Below, in pieces: positions 1 to 8,477 of a DNA stretch of 64,000 bases (position 1 is the first letter of the stretch; the number at the start of each line of letters is the position of its first letter). The position numbers and the translations under genes were made by a program. The DNA is from a virus. The notes under the pieces were generated by a model that did not search any database, was not told where the DNA came from, and saw only the letters and a list, made by a program, of their open reading frames with translations. The stretch lies in the IMG/VR virus record IMGVR_UViG_3300012952_000020, positions 13,537 through 77,536 of that record. One strand, written 5' to 3'.

Positions 1-573
1 CCACTGCGGTATGCACTGGATTCGACCTCGCGACGTGACCGACAGGGGATTCGGTGACGAGTGGGTCGCAATCGACGGAAGCCCCGCTGACGGCTTGCCG
101 AAAACAACCTGCTCCAGAAACGCCCGCCGTGTCCATTGGGGCTTGTCTCGGAAACACTGCCCTCCGAACTCCACCAAGTCGAAGGCCATGAACTGACCTG
201 TCAACTTTCGCCGCTTCGACCAGTTGGTGCCGAACATGAACTCCCCGTGAAGCACGATCCGACTCCCGCCGACTGCGTACCCCGTGTCGTCCTCTCCCGA
301 GTCCCGAAAGTAGCCCCAAGGACTGAATGGGACCGCCAGCTTGAACTCATCCTTCAAGGTTCCGTTTCGGGAGTAGACCTTGACCGAGGTTCCCTCAATC
401 ACCATCTGCCCCCAGATGCCATCGCCTTTCAACTCAACGACGTTCCAAGGTGGCTCCGGGTTGCCCTTCCACTGGAGGACGCTCTGCCCTGCCGCCTCGT
501 ACTTGAATCGTACGTTGGTGAACTTCGGACGGTTCAGAACCATCCCCTCGTAGACCTTCTGCTTGGTTCCCAT
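1..573 (-). CDS. ATP-dependent DNA ligase (N-terminal adenylation domain; runs off window)
   Basis: Translated by hand from ATG at 573 (GGAGG RBS): motif I ELKGDG, VYSRNG, motif III VLHGEF, motif IIIa FMAFDL..G....P...RR.FLE. Absent from the ORF track because it has no stop in the window. Confidence 0.85.
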   Translation of the reverse strand, partial: MGTKQKVYEGMVLNRPKFTNVRFKYEAAGQSVLQWKGNPEPPWNVVELKGDGIWGQMVIEGTSVKVYSRNGTLKDEFKLAVPFSPWGYFRDSGEDDTGYAVGGSRIVLHGEFMFGTNWSKRRKLTGQFMAFDLVEFGGQCFRDKPQWTRRAFLEQVVFGKPSAGLPSIATHSSPNPLSVTSRGRIQCIPQW

Positions 574-998
574 CACTCACCTCCTTCGACTGGTCGTCGG
601 TACTCGGTGGGGAGTTCCACGACCTCCCCGTCATTTGTGACGCCGAGGTGCTCGTGCTCGTTCTCCCCTCCCCAGTCATTCAAGTCCTCTGCAATCTCCG
701 GGATCGTGAACATCACGTTTGCCCGAACAGCGCCGTTGCTTTCGGGGTCCATCGCCGTGATGGTCCTTGCCCCGATGTACCCGTCGTACCTCGCCAGCGC
801 CAAACTGTCGTTCTCACCTTCCAGCAACTCCCGCATACGCTCTGCGAGCCTTGCAACGGCGATGCCCATGTCCGTCAGACGTTTGCGTGGGGAGTAGTCG
901 AGGAAGTCCTCACCGCACTCCGTAAACTCCCCACTCATTTCATCGACCAGCCTATCGACCATGATCTCAATGTCCTCTCGTTCCAAGTTGCTACTCAT
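573..998 (-). CDS. hypothetical protein
   Basis: 141 aa acidic ORF, translationally coupled to both neighbours. Confidence 0.7.
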   Translation of the reverse strand: MSSNLEREDIEIMVDRLVDEMSGEFTECGEDFLDYSPRKRLTDMGIAVARLAERMRELLEGENDSLALARYDGYIGARTITAMDPESNGAVRANVMFTIPEIAEDLNDWGGENEHEHLGVTNDGEVVELPTEYRRPVEGGE

Positions 999-1729
999 TT
1001 CGCACCTCGCTTGCCGAACGCCTGCTCGACTTCTTCCTGTGACTCAAACCGTTTGAGGACCATTTGGGTCAACGTACCCTCTGGCGTGATTGCCGCCTCC
1101 GTCAGACTCTCTTTCAAGACTTGAAGGAACGGTGTGCTCGCTATCCGGGCAACACCGTTAGCCTTGTTCGCCTTGGCACAGTGCTCCGGGTCTTCCGTCG
1201 AGAACCACGTACGGCAGTTCCAAGGACGGTGCTCGTAGACTGAACAGGCACCATCGACCAACAGTGGACAGGGCGTGTTCGATGCCTGCGCTTCCCTGAA
1301 CATCGCCTTCGCCGTGCGCTTGTCATCCTTCTCCAGCATCCTTCGGACATGCCGTGGACCGAACAACGCTTTTCGGAAGTAACCTTCCTTGTCCTTGATT
1401 GGCGACTGCCCAGCGAACCGTTCCATCCACTCTGACATGTTGTCCTTGACCCGAAGACGAACTGGCTCCGGCAGGTTGTGGATTGCCACCGTCAGGACAA
1501 TCGCCTCTGCCGGATTGATCTCGACGCGCTCGTAGCAACAGGCTGTGCAGCCTACGCCGAGGCACTTGATTTCCGAGAGGCTTCCGTCTGCCTTCATCCT
1601 CTCGACCATACGGTCTGCCTGTTGAAACAGACCCATCACGAACTCGTAGACACGCTCCGTGATGTCCTCTCCGTCTGGTCCTTCGACCAGCGGCTTGCCG
1701 CCCACTCGGGGCATAATCAACTCATCCAT
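995..1729 (-). CDS. YkgJ-family cysteine-cluster (Zn/Fe-chelating) protein
   Basis: CxxxGCxxCC ... CPLL..GACSVYEHRPWNCR signature. Confidence 0.85.
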   Translation of the reverse strand: MDELIMPRVGGKPLVEGPDGEDITERVYEFVMGLFQQADRMVERMKADGSLSEIKCLGVGCTACCYERVEINPAEAIVLTVAIHNLPEPVRLRVKDNMSEWMERFAGQSPIKDKEGYFRKALFGPRHVRRMLEKDDKRTAKAMFREAQASNTPCPLLVDGACSVYEHRPWNCRTWFSTEDPEHCAKANKANGVARIASTPFLQVLKESLTEAAITPEGTLTQMVLKRFESQEEVEQAFGKRGAK

Positions 1730-1988
1730 TGGACACTCCTTTCAGTCCGGCTTGCTCGATGCTCGCCATCTTCCTGTTGAACTCGACCTTGGTGATGTGG
1801 GTTCCGATTGCCGAGCGCACGGTCAAGAAGATGCGCCAAGGTGTCATACCGAACTCGATGGTTGCCTGATCTACGAGATTCACCAGCGCCCTTGTTTGCT
1901 CGTCGGTGGAGCAGGGCCAAGCGAACCTCAACCAATCTCCGAACGTCGGGGCCTTGCCCAACGTCGGTTCCTTGTGTTTCGTACTCAT
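1722..1988 (-). CDS. hypothetical protein
   Basis: Start reassigned to MSTKHK at 1988 (GGAGG RBS, ATGA overlap). Confidence 0.6.
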   Translation of the reverse strand: MSTKHKEPTLGKAPTFGDWLRFAWPCSTDEQTRALVNLVDQATIEFGMTPWRIFLTVRSAIGTHITKVEFNRKMASIEQAGLKGVSNG

Positions 1989-2389
1989 GCTGTCCTCCAC
2001 TGCACTGTGGAGCGGAGCCATTTCCAAAGCCGGATGTACCAAGGGAGCCTGACGACCAGCGGTGCCGGGTGCGTCTTGCTCTCCTTCCACTCAAGGAACG
2101 GGACGCCGGGATCGACTCTCCTATACATGGCGTACTCCCTGCGGAGCATCGCCGTTCGACTGACCGTTCGGTACGACCAGCCTCCGTTGCCGTGGTACTT
2201 GCTCCACCCGTGTTGGGGAATACCGACCTGCAACCCAGCCTTGACGCACATGTCCCATACGCCTGACTTGGTTCGCCGTTGTCCTCCAGGTCCAGTGCTG
2301 GTGACTGGACCGAACACGAATGAACCGTCCTCCAACTCCGTCAGCCAAGGGATGCCTGTGTTCGTTGGTTCTCCAGTAGCCGCCCTCAT
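1985..2389 (-). CDS. hypothetical protein
   Basis: Coupled ORF with GGAGG RBS. Confidence 0.6.
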   Translation of the reverse strand: MRAATGEPTNTGIPWLTELEDGSFVFGPVTSTGPGGQRRTKSGVWDMCVKAGLQVGIPQHGWSKYHGNGGWSYRTVSRTAMLRREYAMYRRVDPGVPFLEWKESKTHPAPLVVRLPWYIRLWKWLRSTVQWRTA

Positions 2390-2580
2390 TGGACACCTCC
2401 CTTCTCCAAGTCACGCTTGTAGGACTGTGCCTGCATCCGTGAGCACCCACTGACGATGGGTCGGGCTTCTCCGTGAAAGACAACCCCTCGGTGTCCTTTG
2501 GGGAGATCCGACTTGCGGAAGACCGCCCAACTGTAACTGTCATCGCCATTGAACTTTCGCAACGTGTATGCCGGTTTCAT
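2386..2580 (-). CDS. hypothetical protein
   Basis: MKPAYTLRKF start at 2580, ATGA overlap with the upstream gene. Confidence 0.6.
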   Translation of the reverse strand: MKPAYTLRKFNGDDSYSWAVFRKSDLPKGHRGVVFHGEARPIVSGCSRMQAQSYKRDLEKGGVQ

Positions 2581-2807
2581 TCGACACCCCCGTTCTGCTC
2601 GACGTAGCACTCCTCGTACGCTGCCTTGTGACCTTCGTACGTGAAGTTGACTCCTGCATCTTCCAGCTTCGCCGTGGCACAGTCGTAAGCCGACCACCAG
2701 CGAGCCTCCTTTGCCGGTTGCGCTACCAGAATCCAGTAGCCCAATCCGACAACCACGATGGCTGCAAAGAACAGCCCTGCCAACAGTTCCTTTGTGCGCT
2801 CGCTCAT
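2577..2807 (-). CDS. small membrane protein
   Basis: N-terminal hydrophobic helix LLAGLFFAAIVVVGLGYWILV; GGAGG RBS. Confidence 0.65.
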   Translation of the reverse strand: MSERTKELLAGLFFAAIVVVGLGYWILVAQPAKEARWWSAYDCATAKLEDAGVNFTYEGHKAAYEECYVEQNGGVE

Positions 2808-3064
2808 GCTTCACCTCCACCGAAATACTCTGTGGAGTAGGTGACGATCCAAGGAGCGTTGCCCGCACCTTTCTGCATCGCCTTGTAGATGCACGTTTCA
2901 CCGAGGAACGCGACGATGGTTCCTGCGTCCTTGTCGTGCTCGACCTTGAAGCCCTCAAGCCACACCATGTGCTTCACGAGGTCCATCACCTCCTTGTGGG
3001 TTCCGAGGCACGAACGCCTTGGGCGTACTGGACTGTTTGCAAATCCTTTTACTGCTGCTTCCAT
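2804..3064 (-). CDS. hypothetical protein
   Basis: 86 aa ORF with GGAGG RBS. Confidence 0.65.
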   Translation of the reverse strand: MEAAVKGFANSPVRPRRSCLGTHKEVMDLVKHMVWLEGFKVEHDKDAGTIVAFLGETCIYKAMQKGAGNAPWIVTYSTEYFGGGEA

Positions 3065-3119
3065 TTTACTATCCTCCGTCCTCTCGGACTTCTTCGGGTA
3101 GGTTTACCCTTGTTTGTCA

Positions 3120-3185
3120 ATGACCTGTCTCATCAGCACGGGGAGGTCATCTTCCGTGGACTCCCCCCGAAGGGGGAGTTTCGAC
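3120..3185 (-). ncRNA. hammerhead ribozyme, type II, with loop I pseudoknot
   Basis: Minus strand: GUC-GAAA-CUCCCCC(UUCG)GGGGGAG-UC^-CACGG[AAGAUGACCUCC]CCGUG-CUGAUGA-GAC-AGGUCAU. Complete core; loop AUGACCU pairs with 3' AGGUCAU. Predicted cut between 3159 and 3158. Confidence 0.93.
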
Positions 3186-3187
3186 TG

Positions 3188-4576
3188 TTACTTCTTCCGC
3201 TGCTGCAACAGGTGAATCATCGCCTGCGTAGCAAGGTCCAACTGCCGACGCTCATGGGCAACGTCACCGTCATCCCCTGCGAGGTGAGCGACCTCGTGGA
3301 ACATGACCTCGATGGTGTCTGCCAAGTTGCCGACCGTCTTCCGACTCAGGCAGATGACCTTCTCCCCTGACTTGAAGGTGCCTCGCACATCATCACCCTC
3401 GAACTCCACGACGTTCACATGTGAGAGCACGTCGTACTCGAAAGTGTCCGTTGCGTCCGTTGCCTGAATCAACCTGCACGCATCGTCGATGTTCTCCTGC
3501 TCCTGATCCGTCAGGTCATCCCAACTGTACGTCTGCGTGACCGTCATCCTCCCGTCCCGCTTGGCGAGGTGGAAGCCTTTGATCCGGGTGTCCTGCTCCA
3601 GAACCTCCAATCGGCTTCTGCCTACCACAACGCCCTTCTTGCCAACGTGTGCCAGCTCCTTGGCTTGGGACAGGTTCTCAACTGGAACTGCGCCTTCACC
3701 GTGCTTCCCGAGGAACCGATCTCCGATGTGCTTGACCACTGTGGAATCGTTGACGAAAGCGTAAGCCTGCTGCGCCTCCATCGCATTGGGATTGTCCAGC
3801 ACCGCTTCGACGTGATCCCCGAACTCATCCGGCTCATCCCTGAAAGCGGCGACGGTCAGCTTGCCCAGCGCCCACTTCAAATCCCACTCGTCCACCAACT
3901 CACGGTCACGATTGGTTGCCCGTCGGAGGTCGTACCCGTAGGACAGATTGTCCGGTCGCTGCATCACCAGCACGCCCTTGTTGAAGATCATGCCCTTGAA
4001 CTCAGGCTGGAGTAGAATCCGCTCGCCCTCGTACCCGACCGTCTTCACCTTCTCCGGGTCGAACGCCTCGTTGGTGAACAGGAACCGATTGCGGAGAGCA
4101 TCGTACTCCTCCTGCGATACCCCGTACACCTTGACCAAGAACCCTTCACGCGGGTTCTTCAACTTTCGTGTACGGATGTGGAGCGTGTGACAGTCGAGGT
4201 CGCCGTGATGCCTAATCTCGGGAATCCACTGCTCGTCCATGTTCCGAATCACCATGTGGTATCGGCTCGACCGAGCGATGGTCAACATCGCCATCGGCAG
4301 TCCCTCTCCGAACTCACCAATCAGGTTTGCATCACTGCGGGAACCCGAATGGCCCATCGCCATCGCCTCTGCCGGAACCTTGATACCGAAGTTGTAGATG
4401 TTGACGCAGCCGACGAATCCCTGATGCTCCTGCTTCGGGTGAAACTCGACTTTCAGCTTGCCGAGTCCGTCATGCCTGCTCTCCTCTCCGTCCTTGCCGT
4501 TCGCCATCAACTCTCGCAGTGCGTGGTTGATGTTCCATCCCGGCTGATAGTTCATATCCAGTGTCGTCTTGATCAT
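3188..4576 (-). CDS. GHKL (HATPase_c-like) ATPase with C-terminal HEXXH zinc-metallopeptidase motif
   Basis: ALRELMANGKD (N-box), IYNFG, GHSGS..IGEFGEGL (G2 box); C-terminal FHEVAH...H. Confidence 0.8.
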   Translation of the reverse strand: MIKTTLDMNYQPGWNINHALRELMANGKDGEESRHDGLGKLKVEFHPKQEHQGFVGCVNIYNFGIKVPAEAMAMGHSGSRSDANLIGEFGEGLPMAMLTIARSSRYHMVIRNMDEQWIPEIRHHGDLDCHTLHIRTRKLKNPREGFLVKVYGVSQEEYDALRNRFLFTNEAFDPEKVKTVGYEGERILLQPEFKGMIFNKGVLVMQRPDNLSYGYDLRRATNRDRELVDEWDLKWALGKLTVAAFRDEPDEFGDHVEAVLDNPNAMEAQQAYAFVNDSTVVKHIGDRFLGKHGEGAVPVENLSQAKELAHVGKKGVVVGRSRLEVLEQDTRIKGFHLAKRDGRMTVTQTYSWDDLTDQEQENIDDACRLIQATDATDTFEYDVLSHVNVVEFEGDDVRGTFKSGEKVICLSRKTVGNLADTIEVMFHEVAHLAGDDGDVAHERRQLDLATQAMIHLLQQRKK

Positions 4577-4632
4577 GCTACTTTTCCTCCGTCCGTACCC
4601 TCCCCTCGGAGGGTGTTGGACTTCTATGGTTA

Positions 4633-4694
4633 CTCCCCTGTCTCATCAGTACAGGTAGGGGAAACTTCCTGTAGACCCCGTTAGGGGTTTCGAC
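4633..4694 (-). ncRNA. hammerhead ribozyme, type II, with loop I pseudoknot
   Basis: Minus strand: GUC-GAAA-CCCC(UAAC)GGGG-UC^-UACAGG[AAGUUUCCCCUA]CCUGUA-CUGAUGA-GAC-AGGGGAG. Loop UUCCCCU pairs with 3' AGGGGAG. Predicted cut between 4674 and 4673. Confidence 0.93.
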
Positions 4695-5722
4695 TATTTC
4701 TTGCTCGCCTTGCGCCTGATGTACTTGGCGTTCGCAGCCACTCGCTGCGACCTCGACTTCTTCTCGACCTTGACCGTTTCCTTCGCCACTCGAATCTTGG
4801 CTCCTGCGCCCTTCTCGATTGCGAAAGCGTGTGCCTTCGCCTCGGCATCGGCTCCGGTGAACCTCCACCACTTCCGACCGCCCTTGACCTTCACCTCGTA
4901 CCCGACGACCTTCTCGTACGTCTCCGTCGCTGGTCTGCGCTTGGGCAACGCCGACTGCCCCTTGGCATCTGCGTACCTTGCCCGCTTCCCACTGTGCCAG
5001 CACTTCTTGGGACCGACTCGCTTCTTGTGAGCCTCGACATCCTCGGGGGCGAAGAACTCTGCCGTTGCCACCAACCCTGTCGTCTTCTTGCTCCAGTCCC
5101 ACACGGCTGGGAGGACTGCCAACTTCCTTCCCCACTTGTCGGTACGCCACTTGGGTTCGTTGATGTTGTACTTGGGTACGTCTGCGGCTTCAATAACTGG
5201 GATGCGTACGAACACGATGGCGGGTGACTCGCAGGCGACCACGACCTCCAGAATGTACTTGTCAGCACCGGGCATCCGACTGATTCGGTGGGCGAAGTCC
5301 TTTCGGAAGTAGTCCTTGACCACGACCCACCGGCTACCGAGAAGGCACTTGTTTCCGCTCACCGTATCGGCAACCTTCTCCGTGCGCTTCGCCCTCGCAG
5401 CCTTCTTCCGACGACGGGTTGCTGTGGCCCGCTTCGCTGCTGACCGTCGGACCTTCTTCATCACGAACTTCTCAGCCTCGGTGTACACCTCGTCCTGCGT
5501 GTCGTGGTCTGCCTTGTTCACTGCGGCGACTGCTGCGGTGACCAACTGGTAGAATGTTTCCTCGTCCCTGTCGGGATTGCACTTGGGGTCGTTCTCGTTC
5601 GCCTTGTGGAACTTCGCACCCCACTTGGCGATCCACTTGTTGTGTCGCTCCGTGGGGGTCACGCCACGGGAGGTGGTCTGGTCAGTCCCCAAACCGGGCA
5701 TTGAGTTTCCGAGGCCGATCAT
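4694..5722 (-). CDS. hypothetical highly basic (Lys/Arg-rich) early protein
   Basis: 342 aa ORF, GGAGG RBS, downstream of a strong promoter. Confidence 0.75.
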   Translation of the reverse strand: MIGLGNSMPGLGTDQTTSRGVTPTERHNKWIAKWGAKFHKANENDPKCNPDRDEETFYQLVTAAVAAVNKADHDTQDEVYTEAEKFVMKKVRRSAAKRATATRRRKKAARAKRTEKVADTVSGNKCLLGSRWVVVKDYFRKDFAHRISRMPGADKYILEVVVACESPAIVFVRIPVIEAADVPKYNINEPKWRTDKWGRKLAVLPAVWDWSKKTTGLVATAEFFAPEDVEAHKKRVGPKKCWHSGKRARYADAKGQSALPKRRPATETYEKVVGYEVKVKGGRKWWRFTGADAEAKAHAFAIEKGAGAKIRVAKETVKVEKKSRSQRVAANAKYIRRKASKK

Positions 5723-5895
5723 GCTGCACCTCCACCGCCGACGATTGAATCGTACCCGGCGAGGTATCCGACGCTGTGGTCCTGTCGCTGCTTGCCAGCT
5801 TCGGCATCCTGTGCGCCCTTGGCGTAGTCCTCGTTCCAGTTTTCAACGAGTGGCGAACTCGGTGTCGGGAACTTGATTGTCAACTGCTGTGTCAT
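5719..5895 (-). CDS. small hypothetical protein (58 aa)
   Basis: MTQQLTIKF...GGGAA*; AGGAGG RBS; ATGA overlap with the next gene; below the ORF-track cutoff. Confidence 0.6.
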   Translation of the reverse strand: MTQQLTIKFPTPSSPLVENWNEDYAKGAQDAEAGKQRQDHSVGYLAGYDSIVGGGGAA

Positions 5896-5973
5896 TCGAT
5901 CCTCCTGCCTTTCGGCTTTCTACGGTTTTCATAGAGACTGCGTCTTTATCTCTTTCTCAATCTCTATATATAT

Positions 5974-6002
5974 AATATAGCATGTTTACAGGGGTTTGTC
6001 AA
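5974..6002 (-). promoter_or_regulatory. sigma70-type promoter with extended -10
   Basis: TTGACA-17 bp-TATATT preceded by TGC; nearly identical to the promoter at 32575-32603. Confidence 0.85.
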
Positions 6003-6055
6003 GCACTTTCTTTTACGCGATCACCCGAGCGTTTTCGCCGCGTCTGTGGGCTACT

Positions 6056-6520
6056 CTACGATTTTTGACCCGGAAGCTGGATCAAACCGTGCCGCATGTG
6101 AAACGCTGACTCTCCGGGGCCGGGAAACTCATCCGACACCCAAACTTCGACTCGTGGCTCTCCTCCAACCTCGGCGTAGACCTTGAGCGTGGCTCCCGCT
6201 ACCACCTGTGAATCGTCCGTCCAACAATCCTTCATGGCGTCCAGCACGATCTTCCTGATGTTGTCCATGTCCGGTCGAACGGTGGCCCAAAGAAATCCTT
6301 TGTGGTCCTTCTTCCGATGGTACTTCTTCGGTCGGGGTAGGACCGCGAGAATGTCAACTCGTACTGGACCCTCCAGCTTCTCCGTGATTGCCGCCCGAGC
6401 GAAGATACCAGCCTTGGTTTCCCACTGCTTCGTACGCTTGGGCGTGTACATCCCAAAGCGCCCTTGCCTCGGTCGTCCCTTTCCTATCGGAGCCAACTGG
6501 ATTGTGAACTTCTCCCTCAC
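6056..6520 (-). CDS. rusA: RusA-family Holliday junction resolvase
   Basis: GKGRPR...RPDMDNIRKIVLDAM...WTDDSQVV; GTG start at 6520 overlapping the upstream stop. Confidence 0.88.
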   Translation of the reverse strand: MREKFTIQLAPIGKGRPRQGRFGMYTPKRTKQWETKAGIFARAAITEKLEGPVRVDILAVLPRPKKYHRKKDHKGFLWATVRPDMDNIRKIVLDAMKDCWTDDSQVVAGATLKVYAEVGGEPRVEVWVSDEFPGPGESAFHMRHGLIQLPGQKS

Positions 6521-6900
6521 TCCTTCCCCCAAAGGCTCGGCAGGTACTTGCGCCACTGGAACCAAGGTCGCTCATACAGGTACAGGGTTTGGGAGTCGTG
6601 GTTGTACGCTTCCACCTCAAACGGATTCATCCTGTATGCCTTCTTCCCGCTGCGGTGCGTCACCAACCCGATGAGGAAGAACAGCCCGTACAGAATCCAC
6701 TGAAACACGAATAGCAACTCCAACTGCTGCCTGTAGTGGATCGTTTCGTGCCTCCGCGTCCGTTCGTTCATTTCGCCTCGACACCAAACAAAGAAGCCGA
6801 TGCTGATTGCCCAAATCTCAATGGGTGCAACCTTGCTCAACCAAACTGGAACCTTGCTGTTCTCCACCATGATGGGTGACAGCCACTTCTTGCCTTCCAT
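6517..6900 (-). CDS. putative zinc metallopeptidase-like protein
   Basis: RRHETIHYRQQ...NPFEVEAY (HEXXH plus downstream E). Confidence 0.7.
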   Translation of the reverse strand: MEGKKWLSPIMVENSKVPVWLSKVAPIEIWAISIGFFVWCRGEMNERTRRHETIHYRQQLELLFVFQWILYGLFFLIGLVTHRSGKKAYRMNPFEVEAYNHDSQTLYLYERPWFQWRKYLPSLWGKE

Positions 6901-8477
6901 TACTCACCTTCTGGATCGGGGTGTGATACCGATACCGATGTTGCCTCAATGACCTTCGCCGTGTTTGTAAGCCTGACCTCTTGTGGAGCACCTGACTCAC
7001 CGAACTGGTCGAGAGGACTGTTATCCTCTGTCTTCAACGACTCTGCTGGACTGGTCCCTCCTGCCCTACCGTAGCCGCCGAACATCTTGGCGATGATGCC
7101 TGAGCCTTTCGCCTCGATCTTGATTGTGTCCCTGTCGTCGGTCATAGCCTTTATCTGCCCGCACAGCCCGACAAAGTTCTTCAACTCCTTGGACACCTCC
7201 GGGTCGAGAAGACCGCCTTTGACACGCTCCGTAGCCAACGCAAACTGTAGCCTGTCGAACGCCTGCGTCATTAGCTGACGGAGCATCGACCCGAGATCGC
7301 CTGTCGTGGGTTGACCCGCTGCGTCTACAGGAGTGAACGGGACCGTACACTCTGAACCTTGCTTGAAGAACGGACACTTATCTGCGATGTAGCACTGGTC
7401 ACACCATCGACCAATCTTCGCCGTCTGATCCAACTCCCGCTTTTCGGGCATCGCCAAAGCCGTGATCTGCGGTCCTTCATCCAACGCCTTCACTACAGGA
7501 TCGTTACGGTGCTGCATGTCGATGACGGTTTGGTACTCACACCAGACCGCCGCGTTGTACCTATTGACTGCGTACGGATCGTCAGACACCAACTCGTCGT
7601 GACTGATGTGGTACTTCTCGCACATGTCCTTGATCCATGGATTCGTCCTACGAATGTCCTTGTTCTTACTGTCAGCCGTTTTCAACTCGTTGCCTTTGAG
7701 GTGGTACGTCACTCCGTACTGCTGCCCCGCCAGCCAAGAGGTTGAATCCACAGAGTAGAACGAGAGGTTCCTAAAGACCTCCTTGTTCGTCATGGCGAAT
7801 CCGTGAACCGGCTTCTGGTACTTGTTCGACATAGCCAGCAACGGCAGGTAGTCATCCCGAGGCCAACCACCAGCGAGTCCCAGATACTTCATGTTCGGGT
7901 TCTTACACCACTCTTCCCAAATGAGCATCCGAGCCGCTTGCCTCTGCGGTGCCGCGTCGTTCTGTGCATCCCAGCCTGACTCGCCTCCGAGAAGACCACG
8001 AGTAACCAGCGTGTTGTACTCGATGGACTTGTGATACACCGGGACCGGGTAGACCTCATCTGCCCACATGTCATCGCGCCATTTACGGACCTTGCCCATA
8101 CCGACGCCTTTGACAGCACCAATATCCAGTTCAACGTACTCGTTGAAAAACTCCCCGTACTCCTTCAACCATGCGTGGTACTTCCGCATGTATTCTTCCG
8201 GGGCATCCGTCTTCTGCGTTGTGCCTTGTTTGTGCTTGAACAGCGACGTGCTCAACTGACCGTGAGCCGAGAAGAACGTGTGAGCGCCAGAGTCGAGCAT
8301 ACACCACGCATCGATCTCCTTCATCTTCTCCAGCAAGGCGTGAAGCGTCGCCTTCTTCATACGCTTCATGTAGAAATACGACATGAGGATCTGCAACGGC
8401 TTGTCCGTGTACTGCCCTACATGGCACAAGTCCTTGAAGTGACTCTGACTTTGCGCTCCTGCGAGTAGTACCCTCAT
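6900..8477 (-). CDS. DpdA/TGT-like 7-deazaguanine DNA transglycosylase with Cys4 C-terminal extension
   Basis: SYFY, LDSGAHTF, VELDI, PVYH, VHGFAMT, YSVDSTSWLAG..YG motifs of TGT-fold phage enzymes; adjacent to folE/queD/queE. Confidence 0.75.
   Translation of the reverse strand: MRVLLAGAQSQSHFKDLCHVGQYTDKPLQILMSYFYMKRMKKATLHALLEKMKEIDAWCMLDSGAHTFFSAHGQLSTSLFKHKQGTTQKTDAPEEYMRKYHAWLKEYGEFFNEYVELDIGAVKGVGMGKVRKWRDDMWADEVYPVPVYHKSIEYNTLVTRGLLGGESGWDAQNDAAPQRQAARMLIWEEWCKNPNMKYLGLAGGWPRDDYLPLLAMSNKYQKPVHGFAMTNKEVFRNLSFYSVDSTSWLAGQQYGVTYHLKGNELKTADSKNKDIRRTNPWIKDMCEKYHISHDELVSDDPYAVNRYNAAVWCEYQTVIDMQHRNDPVVKALDEGPQITALAMPEKRELDQTAKIGRWCDQCYIADKCPFFKQGSECTVPFTPVDAAGQPTTGDLGSMLRQLMTQAFDRLQFALATERVKGGLLDPEVSKELKNFVGLCGQIKAMTDDRDTIKIEAKGSGIIAKMFGGYGRAGGTSPAESLKTEDNSPLDQFGESGAPQEVRLTNTAKVIEATSVSVSHPDPEGE

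Noticed and set aside
3160-3180. GC hairpin with UUCG loop first read as a rho-independent terminator
   Set aside because: It is stem III of the hammerhead ribozyme and has no U tract on the sense strand
4578-5150. 190-aa alternative-frame minus-strand ORF spanning the upstream hammerhead
   Set aside because: It overlaps the better-supported 342-aa gene out of frame, has low-complexity R/G/Q composition and no clear RBS
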